DNA of 64,000 nt, taken from NCBI RefSeq assembly GCF_009834535.1, contig NC_045696.1:88476001-88540000 (forward strand), given 5' to 3'. The translations under genes were made by a program, and so were the position numbers. The DNA is from Camelus ferus (taxonomy: Eukaryota). Below, piece after piece: positions 52,171 through 64,000 of the stretch (the stretch's first letter is position 1; every line of letters starts with the position of its first letter). A model generated the notes under the pieces. The model did not search any database. It was not told the origin of the DNA and worked only from the letters and a program-made list of their open reading frames with translations.

Positions 52171-53559
52171 TTTTCTTTAAGGGAGCTAGAATGTTGTTCA
52201 TTCATATATTATTTGTCAGATATTTATTAAATCTATACTCCATGAAGGGCAATTTGCAGGCTATAAAGTTATGCAAGATCCAGATCTTTCTCTAAAGGAG
52301 TAATCTGGGAGGAGAGAAAGCCATGTGTATCAACAGCTACAAGCACAAAGCAGTATCTTTTCTGGGAGACTAGCATCTGCCGAATGCTGTAGGCAGACGG
52401 AGGAGGGAGGGAAGACTTCCGGTTGTGACAGTCAGGGAGGAGTGAGCTGGGCTTTGAACGATGGGGTCAGACTGTCCTGGATCTCAATTCTGGTCTCACC
52501 ACTCACCAGCTGTGTGTCCCTGGGCACACAAGCCTCTTTGAGAATACAATTCCGTGGTTGTAAAATGAGGACAACATCATCGACCTCATCAGGTAGGGAA
52601 AGAGAATGTGCGTAAAGCGCTCAGCTTAACTCCCGGCAGAGAGTGAGCACACGGTAAACGGCAGCTGGTGTTGCTGCTGTTGTGGGAAACAGCCTGGGGG
52701 TGGGGACAGAGGGACCAACGTGTGTTTGGCCCAGGCTGGTTGCAGCATACTGTCACACAAAACAGGAGGGGGAAAGGTGTCCTGCAAGGAAGGCTGAGGT
52801 CAGAGAAAACACACATAAAGATAATAAAGCCAATCATTGTCCATTAAGCCCGGCTGTAAAACACACCCTTGACGCAGCAGGTTAGATTAACCTCCTTGGG
52901 CATGGTGCCCAAATTTGCTTCTCTAATGACTGTGGGGGTGAGGGAGGGTGGACGGTGGGGTGGGTACCACAGGGAAGAGGAAGGAGGATAAAATGGGAGT
53001 GACATTTCAGAAGGGAGCGCTGGGTGCTAACGTGACATTTCCAGATGTACTGTATACATATTCCTGCCTGAGCTTACACCGGAGGAGGCTCACTGTACTG
53101 CACATCCAGGGTCACAGTGGATTCATGGGGAGGTGGTGTTTTTGTAAGTAGGGAGGCTCATCAAAGCCTGATAGATGCTCTGAAAGCACTGTTTGTTCCA
53201 TCTCATCGCCAACCTGACCAAAGCTTTCTTTAAAAATTATTCTGCGTCTCAAGCAGTCACTGAAGCGGGAGATAATAATAAAATTCAACACTTTTGAACT
53301 CAACAGTATAGCTCCCTACTGGGAAAACTCCAATGCTGATTAGGTCCTGGGCAGAAGCTGATATGTAGAGATTGAGAGTCAACCTGCAGATGCCCTCAGG
53401 CAGCAGGGGCCCTTCCTGGGCAGAGACCCAGGGGACAGGCACCCTCAGCTGGGCTTGCCACTTGGCACATTACAGAGCCTACCTGCCGTGGCTGTCAGTC
53501 TGGGGAGGGAAGGAATCCTGCTCTGCACAAATAGAAAAGAATCCTCCCCAAACTGAATT

Positions 53560-54260
53560 TTGAAAATGTAATCATCAACTGATACTCTTCCTTCAAGTCT
53601 TTGTCCCAGTGTCACCTTAGTGAGTCCTACGCTGACCACCTCCGATCCTCCCCATTCCCTTGCCTGCCTCATGTCTCCCAATAGCAGTCATCACCTGGGA
53701 ACATACAAGATCATTTACCTATTTTTACTTATTTATTGTTAGTATCTGCCTATCTACTACCTCCCCTACCCCCACCTCGATTCCAGCCTGTAAGTTTGTA
53801 TCCCCAGCCCCTAGATGTTGAAAGAATGAATGAAAAAGGGGTTCTTTCCTCCCCCACCCCCCAGCTGAAATAGTTACTTAGAACAGGCACTGAGCTAGGA
53901 GCTGGGAGTATAGAGATGAGCAGACCAAGTTCCTGCCTCAAAGAGCTCACAGTCAGAAAGACAAGACAGGTGAGAGAGCCAGGTATGTTCGGACACTGTG
54001 AAAGGAGACCTGAGAGGTCTGCACAGGATGCCAGGGAAGAGCAAAGGGATGTCTAACCCAGGCTGGGGGAGCTGTTGGCTCAGTGTGACAGGGAAGGCTT
54101 CTGAAAGGACACCCTTAAAAACGGAGTCTTAAAGGACAAGGACGGTGTTCTCCATTGGACAATGGGGATGGTACTTGCAAAGGCACAGAGGTATCAAATC
54201 CATGGTTCATTTGGTGACTGGCTGGTGGTTTGGCATAGCTGGAGGGAAGCGGAGTATGGT
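53560..54260. mobile_element. LINE-2 fragments
   Basis: cctgcctcaaagagctcacagtc, ggaaggcttctg, gaatgaatga-type L2 3' phrases. Boundaries approximate. Confidence 0.5.
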
Positions 54261-54292
54261 GAGCAGGGGCTTAAAGATCTCATTAGCCTTTT

Positions 54293-54382
54293 TTCAGATG
54301 GAGGTACTGTGGACTGAACCCGGGACCTCGTGCATGGCAAGCGTGCGCTCTACCACTGAGCTGTTACCCTCTTCCCCCACCC
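54293..54382 (-). mobile_element. tRNA-Ala-derived SINE (vic-1-like, camelid) with 12-bp TSD
   Basis: Minus strand ...AGCTCAGTGGTAGAGCGCACGCTTGCCATGCACGAGGTCCCGGGTTCAGTCCACAGTACCTCCA-tctg-A tail, with A/B boxes. Perfect TSD cattagcctttt (54281-54292 / 54383-54394). Confidence 0.85.
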
Positions 54383-54633
54383 CATTAGCCTTTTAAACTA
54401 AGGGATTTCTTGGTTCTTTTGGAATCTTTGGCCAGGAAGAAGGGCAAATTCAGTGGCCATTCATTTCAAAGAAAATAATACAAAGTCCAGTCTTGGCTGC
54501 CTTAGCAGCAGCCTCTGTACTGATCGACTCATCACTGGGTAACGGAAAGTTATATCTCCCAGGGCCCTCTAAGCGAGCTGCCTTGTTCACTAAGCAAGAC
54601 AGCAGACGGTCCTCAGCGGCGTCACCAGCTCAC

Positions 54634-54795
54634 CAGCTCTCTTTATCCTCTTCCTTTCCTTTAGTTGGTACGGCTTGTGATCATGAGACAAAGGAATGGC
54701 GTTCCCATCCTTGTCACACAGGACCCCCCGCGAGTCACCCACGTTGGCCACGGTGAGGTCTTTATCTGACAGCAGAGCAATCAAACACGTTGTGC
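54634..54795 (-). CDS. PPM1L: Protein phosphatase 1L (PP2C-epsilon), penultimate coding exon (162 nt)
   Basis: Translates GTTCLIALLSDKDLTVANVGDSRGVLCDKDGNAIPLSHDHKPYQLKERKRIKRA(G), with PP2C motifs NVGDSR and SHDHKP. On the minus strand the acceptor is ttttcag|GC and the donor is GCTG|gtgagc. Phase matches the next exon. Confidence 0.96.
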
Positions 54796-56829
54796 CTGAA
54801 AAACAGAAAAGAGAGGCCATGTAGCAGGTCAGCAGTGCTTTGAGGTTAGGCTGCTTCTCGTGGTTACTGGATGCTTCAGTCATTAAAACTGCTCCTGCTG
54901 GGTGAGATTTTGACCCCGGCCACTCTGGGAATGATGGCTGTTCACTTCAACAACACTGATCAGATCTGACAGCTGATTTAGGTAACCATGTTAGAGTGTC
55001 ACTGAAATAGACTAGGATAACATGATCATTTTCCCAAATCACTGTTGTCTCTGCTACTCTTGATCTAAATGCGTATCACACTTAGAAGGATTAGGAGAGA
55101 ATGAGAATCACTTTGAAGCTCCAGACAACTGATACTTATTTTCTGCTTCGTGTTGGTGCTCAGTTTCTGTGAAATCTCAGTTAAAAGTGAGGATGGTGGG
55201 GGTTGGGTGGGCACCTCAGCTGGAGGGCCTGGAAGGGCCAGTAAATGACAGATGCCAACAGCCAGTTCTTCTAGAGTCATGGAGAACTGTGGGATGAGCT
55301 CTCCGCAAACCTCTTGCTCTTGGGACAAGAATGGATAAAAGCAAATGGAATTGGACAGTCTGGTCTAGTTGGAGGCTGCCCTTATCACCTGCCCAGTGCC
55401 CTCTGTCCAGCCCCCTCTCCTTCCCCACCACTTCTGACAGTGTCACCGAAGGTGCAAACACCCGCCGCTGAGATGCACAACCCATTAAGCTCTTCCTTCA
55501 AACTGATAATGCTGTTTGTTACTTGTTAAAATTATTCATCAATTAGTCTTCATTAATATTTAACCTTCTCATTAAGAAGGTCACATTTCACAGCAGCATG
55601 TAAGCTGCATCTAAACAGCTCTTTCGTCTTCATAGAACAACAAAAAAGACTGAATTCTTAAATAGACATAAAGAATAAATACAGGTTGATATCAAGAGGG
55701 AAAATCAGGAGCATATTCAGCTACTATTGTTCTAGTCGACTTTCCATTCTAAAGCCTGTTTAACTCAAAACTGCCCTGATCAGACATGGAAACACATGAA
55801 ATGTTGGTTAACTCAGGATTTCTGACATGAAAAGCGTTGTGAAAGGAAAAAAATACTAATCTTGAGGATTATCAAAGCAAACCACAAATCTTTTACCTTT
55901 AAAAAAAAACTGTAAGAATGAAAATATAAACACAAGAAGAACAATTCATATGATTAGAAATCGTTATTCGCAGTTTTTGATATTAGTTGCATTTTGATCT
56001 TCAACAATCCTTACTTTGCCCTCAAGCATCTGACTGTGTTAACTTGTCTAACACAGCGAGAGCACGAATTCTCCTAGAATGAACATTCTTAGCGTTTGAG
56101 AGGTGAAATGGAAACACTGTGTTGTCAGATACTGATGGCGCTGGGGCAGTCTATCAGTACAACCCTCGGAGTTGTCCCTCTCTAAGGCCCTCTTCCTCCT
56201 CACCCTGTGCACTTTGATAGAGCGTGTTCCTGACTTGGCTTCCACCTCCACCTCAGTCTACACCGCTAGCCTGGTTGACACTCTTGAGGTCCATACTGGC
56301 TGCCTACTAGGCATTGCCATTTGCCTACATGGGATCTGGAAAAGGCTTTGGGGTCTCTCTGTGAAGGAGGAGAAGGGGTCCACCTAGAGGAGCTATGAGC
56401 CACTTCTCCACCCCCTTTTCAGCCAGAGCAGCCTGACACCCATCTGGAGCTCTCTTGAGCTGCTGTGCAAGTATTCTCTTTAAAAAGGGGAGAGGTCATT
56501 CCTATAGCTAGAAAAAAAATTGAATTGTATCTGTGATGAAGAACCACTGAAGGGTTTTCAGCGGGATAGTGATCTGATGAGAGTTGTGTTTTAGAAGATT
56601 ATTTCAGTGCTTTGTGGAAGATAAACTGGACGCAGGGAGAACAGGCAGAGTTTATGAGGGTCTGATTTAATGCAGTAAATGCAAGGATGGAGGGCAGGGG
56701 ATGGATTGTTTACAACCAGAATGGATAGGTCATGGAGAATAAGGAAATAAAGGAAAGGGGTAAAGTCAAGGATAACGTGTGTCTAGGAGGGGGAAGAGGT
56801 GCTCCATGGACAAGGAGATGTCTGCTTGG

Positions 56830-57120
56830 GGCTCCTGGGAAGGGCTTCCTCTCTCCCCGGAAGAGACACAATGCAGAAAACGACCCACTTCTTTGGCCTC
56901 GTGTGGCTCATGTGTTTCCCAGAGCTGTGGCAGCTGTCTTGCACCACGAGGTCATGGCCCTGCGCCCAGGAGGAGCAGAGGGGTGAGGAGCCTGGGTCCC
57001 TGAGACATCACCGAACTGATAAGCCAGCCTGTTCTTCTTCTCGGAGACACTAAATGTCTCTACTGCTCAAGGCTCTTTCTGTTGGGTTTTCTGTGTTCCC
57101 TGTAGCATCCTAACTGATCC
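56830..57120. mobile_element. MLT1-like MaLR LTR fragment
   Basis: agctgtggcagctgtcttgcacca...cctgggtccctga...ttgggttttctgt...gcatcctaactgat. Confidence 0.55.
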
Positions 57121-57699
57121 TGAGGCTTACAGTGCAATAAGGGGCTTCTCTTCTCAGGGAGAGATTTAGAGTGGTTGCTTGGCGGAGGCACAAGCAGGAC
57201 AGAAAGCAAAACAGGGCCCTCCACTGTAAACAACTCACTGTTTCGGCTTTGCAGTCTTAGTTTGGGATTACAAAAGACAGTTTATAATCTAACCTTACAC
57301 GACAGCCCAAACTACAGTGCTGCTGAGAAACTCCAGAAAAACATTGTGCCCAAGAGAAAAGGGGAAAAAAATCACTTTTTCTACTTTTTCTTTTGTATGT
57401 GTAAGGGAAGATACCCCCAAGATTCTGCTTACTGGTTTTGAGATAAACATATCCATCACAGCACAGTTTATCAAAAATACCAGAGTCTGACAGGATTACA
57501 TAATCCTGAACCTCAGGTTGTTTCTGTATCAGTAATTTAATCTAGATGATAATGTAACTGCAAATGTGGAGGATATCTTGGATATTTAATCTAATTGTCT
57601 GACTTCACAGATTAAAAAAAATAAACCGAGAAAGTAAATTCACAAACTAGACTTCAGTGTCCCAGCTGAGTGAGGTCTGGCAAGTTATTTAACTTTTAA

Positions 57700-58370
57700 G
57701 CCTCAGCAAATGTCACCACAATCCACTCAGTTGCTCAAGCTAGGAGTCATCCTGGGTTTTCTTTCCCTCACTCCTGACATTCAATCCACCATTAAGTTCT
57801 GTCACTCTTACCTCTAAACGCACCTTAAACCCTTTCAGCTCTCTTGTTCCCATTGCGCCAACTCTAGGCCAAGCCACTGCCGTTTCGGCTAGCAAACTGT
57901 TTCAGCCAGGTCCTGCATGGTCTGGCTCCCGCCTAACCTGTCCAGTGCTGTCAGACCACCCTCTCTCTTGCTTGAGGCTTCCCTTCTGTTGCCCAAATGT
58001 GCCAAGACTTTTGTTGTCGTTGGACCTTTGTACCCACTGTTCCCTCTGCTGAGTATCTCCTGTCAAGGACAGGGCTGACCAATGCCTGTGGTGACATCTC
58101 AATTCAAGTGTGACATCTTCAGAGGCCATCTCCGATTGTGGGAGCTTATCTCCTCTTTATTTTCTTTATTGCCCTCATAAGACACAGTTATGTAAATACC
58201 TCGTTTATTTATTTAAACAATTTAATGTCAGTCTTCTAAAGTACAGTGTAGATTTCACAAGGGCAGGGATATCACCGTCTACTTGTTTTCCCTCCTGTAA
58301 TCCTGAGGTCCGGAACATTTCAGTATTTGTTGAATAAACAAAATGATAGATGAGTGAATAAATAATCACA
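57700..58370 (+). mobile_element. LINE-2 3' fragment
   Basis: caccacaatccactcagttgctcaagc...ggagtcatcct...agggcaggga...cagtatttgttgaataaa. Confidence 0.6.
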
Positions 58371-59369
58371 CACGGTCTCCTTGGTCCTGAGCTGACATTA
58401 TGCTAAGCTCCCACTGTCTTGCTCTGAGCATGCCAAGCCAGTTCAGTACTACACCGTACACCGTCTTCTAGAGACTGCCATGGCAGGGAGATACCCAGCT
58501 GTAGCCAAATACATTTTACGCACTGATCAAAACATAACCACGCTCCTGTCCATGTCTGACCATGCTCACCGCTAGGAGGTGGAGAGAAGTTCCAGCCTAG
58601 GCCTGCCCCGAGCTCCTTCCTCCAGCCCAGGCTCCTGGTCCAGTGCAGTGAAACAGGGGTGGGGCTTCCAACCTCACCAGCTACCAAAGCTTTAACACCT
58701 TGGGAAGAAATAAACGTGCATCATGGTGGTCATTATGTGAGCAATCCGTGTCTGCTCCTGACTTCAATTTGTACTTCAGCAAAGCAGGCACGTTTTTGTG
58801 TTGTTCTGTTGATTCTTGTTTTCCTTAGAGAAAACACACAAATGCCAATTATTCATCAGGCTATTCCTCTAAACCAGCATTCTCTCTTCTGATTTAATTT
58901 CTGGGATGCAGACAAAGTAAAGGTACACAAGAAAATCTTTCCTGGGCTTATCTCAATATTTGCATTGGATAATATCAGGCATTGAATTCATTTGATGAGT
59001 CAAGCTTGAGAAAAATGTAAAGCTTATAGTGAGGGTTAAGTAATTTGGGGTAACACAGGCATCTTTTAAAATCCTAGTTTAAAACTTTCTGAGTTAATAA
59101 TAATGTAGTTACAATAATTTGTTCAGTGCTACACATGCCACTAAGTGGCCCCCAAACACACCTGCAGTTGATTTCCTGACACCTCAGGGTGGGGGAGGGG
59201 CAGGCATTATGCTTCCCTTTAAGCAGATGCATAAAATGGGATTCTGGGACTTCGAGTGTTGTATCCACAATTACACTGCCCAATGCATGTGTACTGAATG
59301 ACCAAATGACTGAAAACCCGGGAATCCAGAACTGGTGCCTCAGTAATAATGACAATGATAGACCTACTG

Positions 59370-59545
59370 CTCAAGCATTTTATTATAATGCTAAACATTT
59401 TATTGACATTATATAACTTAATTTGCACTACCTGTGAGGTAGGCGTAATTATCCCCATTTTACAGATGGGGAAACTAAATCTCAGATAGGATAACAACCT
59501 GCCCAGGTCACAGTGGACTGTCTGACTCCACTGGGCCAAGCCTTT
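59370..59545 (-). mobile_element. MIR SINE
   Basis: attatccccattttacagatggggaaact...aacctgcccaggtcaca. Confidence 0.7.
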
Positions 59546-59919
59546 TGATAACCTCCCCTCCTTCCTCCTCTGTTCTCTTCCTACCCCCAGAAGAAATGAT
59601 TTCTGTGGCCAGTTTCTGCATTTCTATGTTTTGTGTAGTCCTCATCAACTCACCCCCTTTTGTAGTATACCCTGGTACACATTACAGAAAAGTTTTGTCA
59701 ATCAGGAAAAAAATTAATCAGTGTGACACGAAGTTCCTTTACTATAATAAAACTGTATAAACTGCATTCTGTATTAACTTAAACAAAGCTGTTATATTTC
59801 AAGTTCTCCAAAATGATTTAGCAGAAAGCATCTGAACCTCCCCAAGTAAAAAACAAGTGGCTTGGACTAGTCCACCCCTAGGCCCTTTTCAGTTTGAATG
59901 TTTTGGAGGTCTTGGATTG

Positions 59920-60352
59920 GAATTGCAAACTCCAGTGCCTTCAGAGGAGTAGGCCAGATAGAAGAAAAAGCTCACGGTCCTCTTGGAGTAGCTTTACCCC
60001 ACTACTTTTGATAGGAACAGGGGTTCTGAAAACTTTCTACTCTAAGAAAGCACAGGCATGATGATAGGAGACAACTGCCATCAGGTTTCAGTGCTGGGTC
60101 TACAATAGCGGGTAGTGGGGCTTGCAGCCAAGTGGAGAACACATGCTAAGCGGGCAGCATTTCCTCACCAACGAAGATGGTTGCCATGTGGGAATGCAGG
60201 CCCATGGTAAACAGTTTTTCAGATTTTTCAAGGGAAGCCATTTTTATGTGAACTCTCCTGATTTTTAAATGTTGGCAATTTTTATTTAAATAAACAGTGC
60301 AAGCCAAACAAAAGGCAACTATAAGTCACATGATTCTGTGACCCACTAGACT
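59920..60352. mobile_element. hAT-Charlie-like DNA transposon remnant
   Basis: ttgcaaactc...gatttttcaagggaagcca...tttttatgtgaactctcctgatttttaaatgttggc. Subfamily uncertain. Confidence 0.45.
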
Positions 60353-62369
60353 AACAGCCTCTTTTAGGGCAGGGTGATGCCTTATTCATTGCTGTCTTCT
60401 TATCACAGTGCTTTGTACCCTGCACAGACCCCTAATGCTGGGAGAGGTGCTAAGGACTGAGGAGGTGGTAAGGGAAGCGGGGGTGCTTTGTGATGTATAA
60501 CTTGCACTAATTGTACAATTCACACCTTTGTACTACGTACATATATCTACTCTAATCATAGAAATATACCTACTCTTGTTTTTAAAAAAATATTAACAGG
60601 GTTACCTAGGGAATGGGATTTTAGACCACTCTGTTTTCTTCTTTATGCTTTTCTGTATTAAGATGAATTTAATATGTTATTTAAAACCACAATTTATTCA
60701 CAACATTTCAGGAGCATATTGACTGCATAAGACAGAGTATTGAGGACATAAAACAGAAAAAAACAGAACTGACAAATCATGGTAGTAGATGGTACAGGTA
60801 GAAGAGAGGCCCAGAGGAAGAGCAGTGACGGTGATGACAGCATTCCTGTCGACAGATGGTTCAAGTTCAGATTCAGATTCGACCATCAGTGGCTCCCCAT
60901 CAATGGCTCAGTGACAGACAAGCGAGCCTCAGCTGCCTTCAGGCTCCCCCTGCACAGCCTCACCTCACCTCGGCCACTGCCACCTACAACTTCTCCTCAG
61001 AGCAGAACACCCTGCCCTGCGTGCCTATCAAGACACATTCCCCTCCTCTCCTTGCACTCCCGCCCCCTCCTCCTGTGTGCACACAGCTATGACTTAAAAG
61101 TTGGAGTCAGGAGAATCCTTATTTTGTGAAAGTTCTGCTTACTGAAACATTTTCTTATAAGAGTGACACACGGTTTCACCTTTTCTCAGGTGGGGCTGGG
61201 AGGCTGGGTGGAAGGGAGGAAAGTGCAATAAACATGCCTCAGGAGCCTTGCTTCACAGAGCAAGTGGACCCGAACACACTACCAAACAACGAATGACACA
61301 TCGTTCATGCTAATAGTGACCCCCTCCTCCTACCCGTGACAGTCTTTTGTAAGAGAATAAGGGAAATTGCCGTTTTTTTTTTCTTCAGGAAAGAGAGAAA
61401 GAAACCTGGGGTGGGTGGAGAAGAGGGGAAAGAAAGGGGAGGGGACACACACACACACCAGAGAGAGAAAGAGAGAAAGAGAAAATGTTTCAGTGAAGGT
61501 GTTACAACCGTCTAAAAGCCATTCATTATACACAGCATAGGAGAATCAACACATTTATACGATAAGGAGAAATAGGTTTATCTTGGAAATGTTTGACAAT
61601 GAATGTTAGTTCAATAACACAATTCCAGGGCCTCGATGACACCAGAACCCGGTAACTGACACGAATTACAGTGGTGTGCAACATGTTGGAAACAGTGCAG
61701 GCAAAGCCAGTCATTAAAGAAATCATCACGAGGGATGGTAAGATCGCTGTTGGCAGCGGCTTCGAGCCCCCACTTCCCATAGCCAATACTGTGATAAGCC
61801 CTGAAACACAGACAGTGCCAGGCAGCTCGTGGATAAGACCCCCCAGCCCCAGCCCCCGTCTGCACAATCTCTAAGTCCGCCAAAGTCTGACCTGCTTACA
61901 GCCTCTTCACCAGTCTGGTAATAATTAATTATGCCATGGCAGAGACAGACCTGTCTGGGACAATCCGTTGTCTGGAAAACTAAAGAGTAAGCTCTAATCT
62001 TTCCTTCTTTATTCCTTTTCTCTCATCTATTGCCTGAGTTCTTGCACCCTCTGCTCTAACTTCTCTTGGAGGCAGGCCCTCTTTAGAATTATATTCACGT
62101 GCATGGTTGGAGCCGGAGAATCACCTGACACGTGAGTCTAACTCCGCGCAGGAAGGCTACAGAATTCACACTAATTAATTCATACTGTAGGTCGATAGCT
62201 TTATTGTGATGAGTCTTGTAGGGAGAGTTTGAAAGTTATTTTACACTCTTCTATGCCTTGAATGGAAAGTTGTTTGGAAGAGCTCTAGGTGTGCAGAGAC
62301 ATGTGCGGGTCAAACTACGAGACCTGCCATACACTGTCCAGTCTCCGGGCTCACTCCTTGGCGTAGATA

Positions 62370-62520
62370 ATCTCTTTCATCCTAACAGCTTATGAGGTAT
62401 TATTATCCCCATTTTACGCATGATAAAGCTGACATTAAGAGACTGGCCCAAGGTCATGCAGCTGGTAAGGGACAGAACTTACCCAGTAGGTTGCCAGAGT
62501 ATCGCTTTCAACCTTGGAGC
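62370..62520 (-). mobile_element. MIR SINE
   Basis: tattatccccattttac...actggcccaaggtcatgcagct. Confidence 0.6.
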
Positions 62521-64000
62521 AGGCTGTCGCTAGCCCACAGTTATTGTTTTTGTGTAAACCAGAAAAAGATACCTCTTTCTTAAGACACTTTACTACCATC
62601 TCCATCAAATGGCCATAGTACATGTTTAAGTTGACAATGACCTCAGTGTGAACGGTGCCTCCTAGTCAAACAGGCACCACGATGTGGGTAACTCTGCTTC
62701 TAGGCCATACCCTGCTCCCGCCCACCCCAGGAAGGAAGGACCATGGAAGAGGCTTATTCAATGAGGAATCTCAGCAGAACAGTACATTATACGTGTTCTA
62801 CATCACACAGAGACAGGTGGCAGCCCGAGTCCAACCTGAAGGGTTAACATTGACAGCAGCACACCTGAGGCCACAGCTGAGTGTTAGAGGACACATTAAG
62901 GCCTTCTTACACCAAGACCTGAAGTACTAGGATGGCAAACTATCTTTGTGGGTTTCCAAATAGCAGGAGTAGTGACAGGACACACTGTATACGGAGGGAG
63001 GCTTATGTGAGGCCCCAGCCCCACCCATGGCAGCTCCCTGGGTCTTCCTTTGCCACCTCAGCTTCCCCTCATCACATGATGAAGGGCAGAGAGGCAGAAA
63101 TAACATTCTGTGTGAAAAAAAGTCTTACAAATTATAATTTTTTCTCCATCTAAGATTTTTGCATAAGCAAAAATGTCAACCATTGACTGACACTGGCTGA
63201 ATGTGAGGCAATTAACTTAATGACAAATTTTATCATTTTAAACTCTAGTGCTGGGGAGTCTAATTCCAGATTTTGATATATGTGGGCTCTTCCTCAGCAA
63301 ACATACAGTAATTAATAAAATGACTAGAAGAAATAAGAAACGGTGTACAAGTGCCAGAAAGGTCTTTTGTGCAAATGAAGTGTGACACCTTAAATAAGAA
63401 AAATAACCTGTTTAATGAGGTGGGGGATAGAGGGAGAGAAAAGGTCATAATTCAAGCTTTTAAAATCTGATGGAGTATTCATGAAACGTTCACACTTCAC
63501 CTAAGTTAAAATATAGACGCGTCATCTGATGCTCTTGAACGCCATTTTGAAACTGAAATGTTCCTTGACATCACATTTCAATTGCGGCAATAATAATGTT
63601 TATTTCATTCTTAAGTGTGGCCTGTGGACCCCCTTCTAATCCTTTCTTTTCAGTTACGGGTTAAAGAGAGTCCCTTCCTATTCAACTGACCACATGCATC
63701 GGGGAGTATTAGAAAACCACGACAGGTCCTCTTACTGCAGGAGACCTGCCTCTAGTCTCCGGCATGACTATTTTTAGGTACAAGCAAGCACTCAAGCTTT
63801 TTTGAAGCTCATTAACATACTTCTCATAACTCTTGCTGACATTTAGTTCAGATGATAACATGCCACTGAAATTAATTTATAATTACATAATCACAACCTG
63901 GATTCTAAGACTAGTACCTTTTCATGGTAAATAAAATTAATTTCATGGTTCTTTGATTCTTCTTACATAAGCCAGAGATGCACTGGCTATATTTTCATGT

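Noticed and set aside
54293..54382. Functional tRNA gene
   Set aside because: TSD, A-tail, 5' extension and a broken anticodon stem indicate a SINE.
61555..61840. GATA cluster / p53 half-site and overlapping ORFs
   Set aside because: Only two true WGATAR matches, an imperfect half-site, and ORFs without homology.
54796..64000. Additional upstream PPM1L coding exons
   Set aside because: No PP2C-like translation found; this stretch appears to be part of a long intron.

Overview
Mammalian genomic DNA, most likely a camelid. The evidence is a TSD-flanked tRNA-Ala-derived vic-1-like SINE and camelid-type young L1 3' ends, both recognised from memory rather than by a database search. Two genes converge tail-to-tail. 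On the + strand is the complete B3GALNT1 (globoside/P-antigen synthase, GT31 family): a CpG-island promoter at ~9.9-10.65 kb, several predicted short non-coding 5' exons, a ~15.5 kb last intron, a single coding exon (29724-30719, 331 aa) and a poly(A) signal at ~32216. On the - strand is the 3' part of PPM1L (PP2C-epsilon): the last two coding exons (54634-54795 and 51093-51439) and an apparently ~9-9.5 kb, repeat-poor 3'UTR ending near 41.6-41.95 kb. The rest is typical eutherian repeat content (L1, L2, MIR, MLT, hAT and Tigger elements), with boundaries estimated by eye. Nearly all other ORFs in the track are spurious or L1 ORF2 remnants. I see no new multi-gene system. The best leads are regulatory or retrotransposition-related: a possible recursive/dual-specificity AG|GT splice site upstream of the B3GALNT1 coding exon, a strong-Kozak minimal uORF, a chimeric L1 insertion, a TSD-flanked solo poly(A) insertion and a bidirectional poly(A)-signal palindrome.
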